From: Aplysia californica
Taxonomy: Eukaryota
Assembly (NCBI RefSeq): GCF_000002075.1
Contig: NW_004798466.1
Span: forward strand, 5,750-69,749
Direction of reading: 5' to 3'
Length of the DNA: 64,000 nucleotides
Under the pieces are notes generated by a model, which did not search any database, was not told where the DNA came from, and saw only the letters and a list, made by a program, of their open reading frames with translations. How positions within the stretch are numbered: position 1 is the stretch's first letter; the number at the start of each line of letters is the position of its first letter. The position numbers and the translations under genes are program-made. Below are positions 61,601-64,000 of this stretch, one piece after another.

Positions 61601-63216
61601 NNNNNNNNNNNNNNNNNNNNNNNNNNNNNNNNNNNNNNNNNNNNNNNNNNNNNNNNNNNNNNNNNNNNNNNNNNNNNNNNNNNNNNNNNNNNNNNNNNNN
61701 NNNNNNNNNNNNNNNNNNNNNNNNNNNNNNNNNNNNNNNNNNNNNNNNNNNNNNNNNNNNNNNNNNNNNNNNNNNNNNNNNNNNNNNAATTGATAACAGT
61801 AAAAAAATAACCAGCTGGTTTAAGCAGTTATGAAGAATTTTTTTTTTCAGTGAAAGTGATTCAAGAGTTTAGAGTACATATTCCTTTTAGGTATTTTTTT
61901 CAATAGCGCTGATTTCTACAAGCTTCCTCCAGCCTGCTTTACTGAGCTGAGTCATTTGTACGTCTACATAGGTTTTCTGAGCCCAGAGTTCTTTGCCCCC
62001 CCCCGGGGCAGTGCCACTGACTGAAGTGTCTTTAGGCCCTTGCCAAAGGGGGGACATTTCTCGTTCTTATGCAGAGTAGAATTGTAAATGGGCTAATTCA
62101 TCATGTCAAGCTCATAACTGTGCCAGAACTGCCACACGGAACTGCTGCTTTTTCTTTCCTAATCTTTATTATCATCATTTTCCTCTACTTCTTTTGTATG
62201 ATTGTCACACTCTTGTGAACTGCTATTTCCGGGGTACCTTGAAAGTCAAAACAGACTTTATGCTGTTAAAGTTAGAGAGGTGAGCAGAGTAAGCCCCATG
62301 CCCTGTAAAGACTTCTCTGTTGACATCCAACCCTTGGCGCTCATATGACCTTATGCAGTTGCGAGCGCCGAAAAACCTCTACTAAATAAAATAAATAGAG
62401 TTCTTGGTGCCAGAGTCTGTGCTGTAGCTGTATGGCACTTTGCTATTGCACATAGGAGACCCTAGTTCGATTCCTGAATGGGGAGCATTTTTGTCGAGTA
62501 TCTCTGTCTTTCTGTTAGGATGTTGTATCCCTCTTAGCACGGGTTGGCTCTGACGACAGACAGAGTCGGAAGCTTGCCTCAGAAAATTATCTAAATTGTA
62601 TTAATTGGAGTGTAGAAAACACCTATGTTTATAATTTTGTTTAAAGAGCTCTCGGTGCACATTGCTAGCTGCAATGACATGTTGCAATGACCATTTGTCA
62701 TCTGGTTTTTCTTGAAGACAACTTGAAATGTCCGGCAAGTTTTGATGGTTGGCTGTCCAGTGACAGCAACACGAGACAAAGTACACTCAACACAAACCAA
62801 ACACAGTGAAACTGAAAACCCAGGTAAACCTTGAGCCCTGTGTCTGTGTCTTAACCACAAAAAAATCCCGTAGATTTCAGTGTAAGCAGACTCTGCTGTA
62901 AACAGTTTCAGTCATTAGGATGCCAGGACCTGTTCCTACTGTGACCCAAAGCCTTTTAGCGAGAGTCAATATTTCTGTCGTCCTTATATAAATCTCTCCT
63001 CCTGCCTCCTTTTCTTTCTATGTTACTCTCTCCGAGCACCTCAATTTTTACGCACTTGTATGACCTAAATGTGTGGCAAGTGCAATAAACTCTTACAAAA
63101 AAAAGAAACCAACCCAAAAACCCAGACTGTTTCCTATGTTTCTCTTGGCCAGGTTTTCCCCACCACGCGCTGGTGGGCGACAAGGACAAGGAGGAGAAAC
63201 CTTCCATGTGCATGTG
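52626..63216 (+). CDS. GTF2H2: General transcription factor IIH subunit 2 (TFIIH p44/Ssl1), 5' part; join(52626..52681,53483..53597,54723..54809,55158..55263,56553..56658,58319..58409,59615..59702,60623..60699,[exon in gap],63153..63216>)
   Basis: Spliced translation [30 protein letters not shown]...RAKRR...[14 protein letters not shown]...DQDLKPTR...[20 protein letters not shown]...GNPRRH...[11 protein letters not shown]...[22 protein letters not shown]...[14 protein letters not shown]...DESHFKDLL...PPPAS...GFPHH matches the conserved Ssl1/p44 vWA domain. Splice phases are consistent. The C-terminal zinc domains lie beyond the window. Confidence 0.95.
53483..53597 (+). CDS. GTF2H2: GTF2H2 coding exon 2
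   Basis: [38 protein letters not shown]. Confidence 0.93.
54723..54809 (+). CDS. GTF2H2: GTF2H2 coding exon 3
   Basis: [29 protein letters not shown]. Confidence 0.93.
55158..55263 (+). CDS. GTF2H2: GTF2H2 coding exon 4
   Basis: [35 protein letters not shown]. Confidence 0.93.
55264..55420 (+). repeat. (GTGA)n/(GTGG)n microsatellite starting at the GTF2H2 exon 4 donor
   Basis: g|gtgagtgagtgagtaagtgagtggg... Confidence 0.9.
56128..56455 (-). mobile_element. RTE-clade (BovB-like) LINE 3' fragment
   Basis: Minus-strand [42 protein letters not shown]...[11 protein letters not shown] followed by a (GAA)n tail. Confidence 0.85.
56553..56658 (+). CDS. GTF2H2: GTF2H2 coding exon 5
   Basis: [36 protein letters not shown]. 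Confidence 0.93.
57073..57589 (-). mobile_element. tRNA-derived Nin/Deu-like SINE, second copy
   Basis: Colinear with 11300-11837; TSD AGGAATTATG (57063-57072, 57590-57599). Confidence 0.85.
57650..58249 (+). mobile_element. Decayed 3' end of an RNase H-containing LINE (I/Nimb-like)
   Basis: [32 protein letters not shown]-terminal CPLC...[10 protein letters not shown] knuckle with frameshifts, (CAA)n tail. Confidence 0.82.
58319..58409 (+). CDS. GTF2H2: GTF2H2 coding exon 6
   Basis: [30 protein letters not shown]. Confidence 0.93.
58745..59610 (+). repeat. 60-nt minisatellite (~14 copies) ending in the polypyrimidine tract of GTF2H2 exon 7
   Basis: Unit ctccctgtctcctaaatgatctatcttgtataaatagacacataaaacattgagcctctgt; the last partial unit continues ...ctccctgcctccccag|exon. 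Confidence 0.92.
59615..59702 (+). CDS. GTF2H2: GTF2H2 coding exon 7
   Basis: [29 protein letters not shown]. Confidence 0.93.
59845..60111 (-). mobile_element. Head-less short retroposon with duplicated 5' segment (further partial tail at ~59740-59840)
   Basis: Reverse complement of the 30753-30934 family; (ctaaa)n tail at 59845-59862. Confidence 0.8.
60623..60699 (+). CDS. GTF2H2: GTF2H2 coding exon 8
   Basis: [26 protein letters not shown]; donor gtcagt. Confidence 0.9.
62415..62625 (+). mobile_element. tRNA-derived SINE (family of 8695 and 27145 fragments)
   Basis: Degenerate A box, B box gttcgattcc at ~62465, shared body. Confidence 0.7.
63153..63216 (+). CDS. GTF2H2: GTF2H2 coding exon (probably 10)
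   Basis: [21 protein letters not shown](C); ccag|...|gtgaga. Confidence 0.88.
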
Positions 63217-64000
63217 GTGAGAAAATATCCGTAGAGTTTGCTGTTTTTCCCATTTTCGTTGCACGTTCTAGCAGGCACTTAGCAAGTTGGTGATAGGTAG
63301 AAATCCTTTTGTTATGTACGAATTTTGCTATGTACATATTATTTAAGATGCAAAAAAATAGAATAGACATGTATTAGAAAAAATTGGGGATTTGAAAATC
63401 TGTTTGTTGTGTACATGTTTTACAATGTCCATGTTCACTATGTGTGTGTTTCTCTGTGTGTGTGTTTGTGTGTTTCACTATGTGTGTGTGTTTCGCTAGT
63501 TGCTTGCTGGACTGTAATTTACAAAGGGAGTGATTTCTGTGCCCTGTGGCTAGTTTCTAACTGAAAACATTGGGGTCTTAACTTGTTAATCTGTGAACAG
63601 TTGTCTTGTTTAAGGATTTCTTCCCCCCCCCCCTACTCTGTACTGGTCTTCTTCTGTCTTGTTGAATTAATTTAGACCTGCATTCTTCTCCTGGTGTAGT
63701 TTCTTCAGTCCATGATGGTGCTGGTTTTACATACACGGCCTACTTTTATAGTAAAACCAATTGTTATTAACTTTTGAGGCAGCCAAATGCTGTTTGTAGA
63801 GGAAGTCATAATCATGTGTGCATTTCTCCCCTTTAAGTAGAGATTGGTTTAGACATTGGCCACGACAGGTTTGGGCAGGCCTGTTTTTACCTTCGACTTT
63901 AAACTGCAAGTGGCTGTTTGACGTGTGCAACTTGGCGGGGAAAAATCCGGAAAAAGTCCAAGCACGTTTCTGTTGACCATGCCTTCACCTGCAGGGGTTT

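Noticed and set aside
63985-64000. Possible next GTF2H2 exon after cacctgcag at the window edge
   Set aside because: Only six bases follow and they do not fit the required phase-2 continuation (C-H...).

Overview
Eukaryotic (animal) genomic scaffold with N-gaps, GT-AG spliceosomal introns and a dense repeat landscape. A gastropod mollusc such as Aplysia is my inference from the gene and repeat style, not something the sequence proves. Four protein-coding genes were assembled by hand from splice signals and frame continuity. (1) The last three coding exons of a fibrinogen-related-domain (FReD) protein, + strand, <1-4043. (2) A ~1757-aa C2H2 zinc-finger protein with 9 fingers, an unassigned ~95-aa N-terminal domain and a ~1150-aa Q/H-rich tail containing an exonised TCTAGA-rich minisatellite, + strand, 19429-26197. 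(3) A complete 7-exon, 314-aa CRAL-TRIO protein (alpha-tocopherol transfer protein-like/clavesin-like), - strand, 46310-36780. (4) The 5' part of GTF2H2 (TFIIH p44/Ssl1), + strand, 52626->63216, with one small exon probably hidden in an N-gap. Introns and intergenic DNA carry tRNA-derived SINEs (Nin/Deu-domain-like and CORE-like), a head-less short retroposon family, RTE and RNase H-type LINE fragments, a decayed Tc1 transposon, hAT and Tigger-like MITEs with target-site duplications, and many mini/microsatellites. The most striking unexplained pattern is that tandem repeats are repeatedly anchored on exon/intron junctions and multiply the splice site itself, in three of the four genes. No CRISPR array, rRNA or genuine tRNA gene was found.
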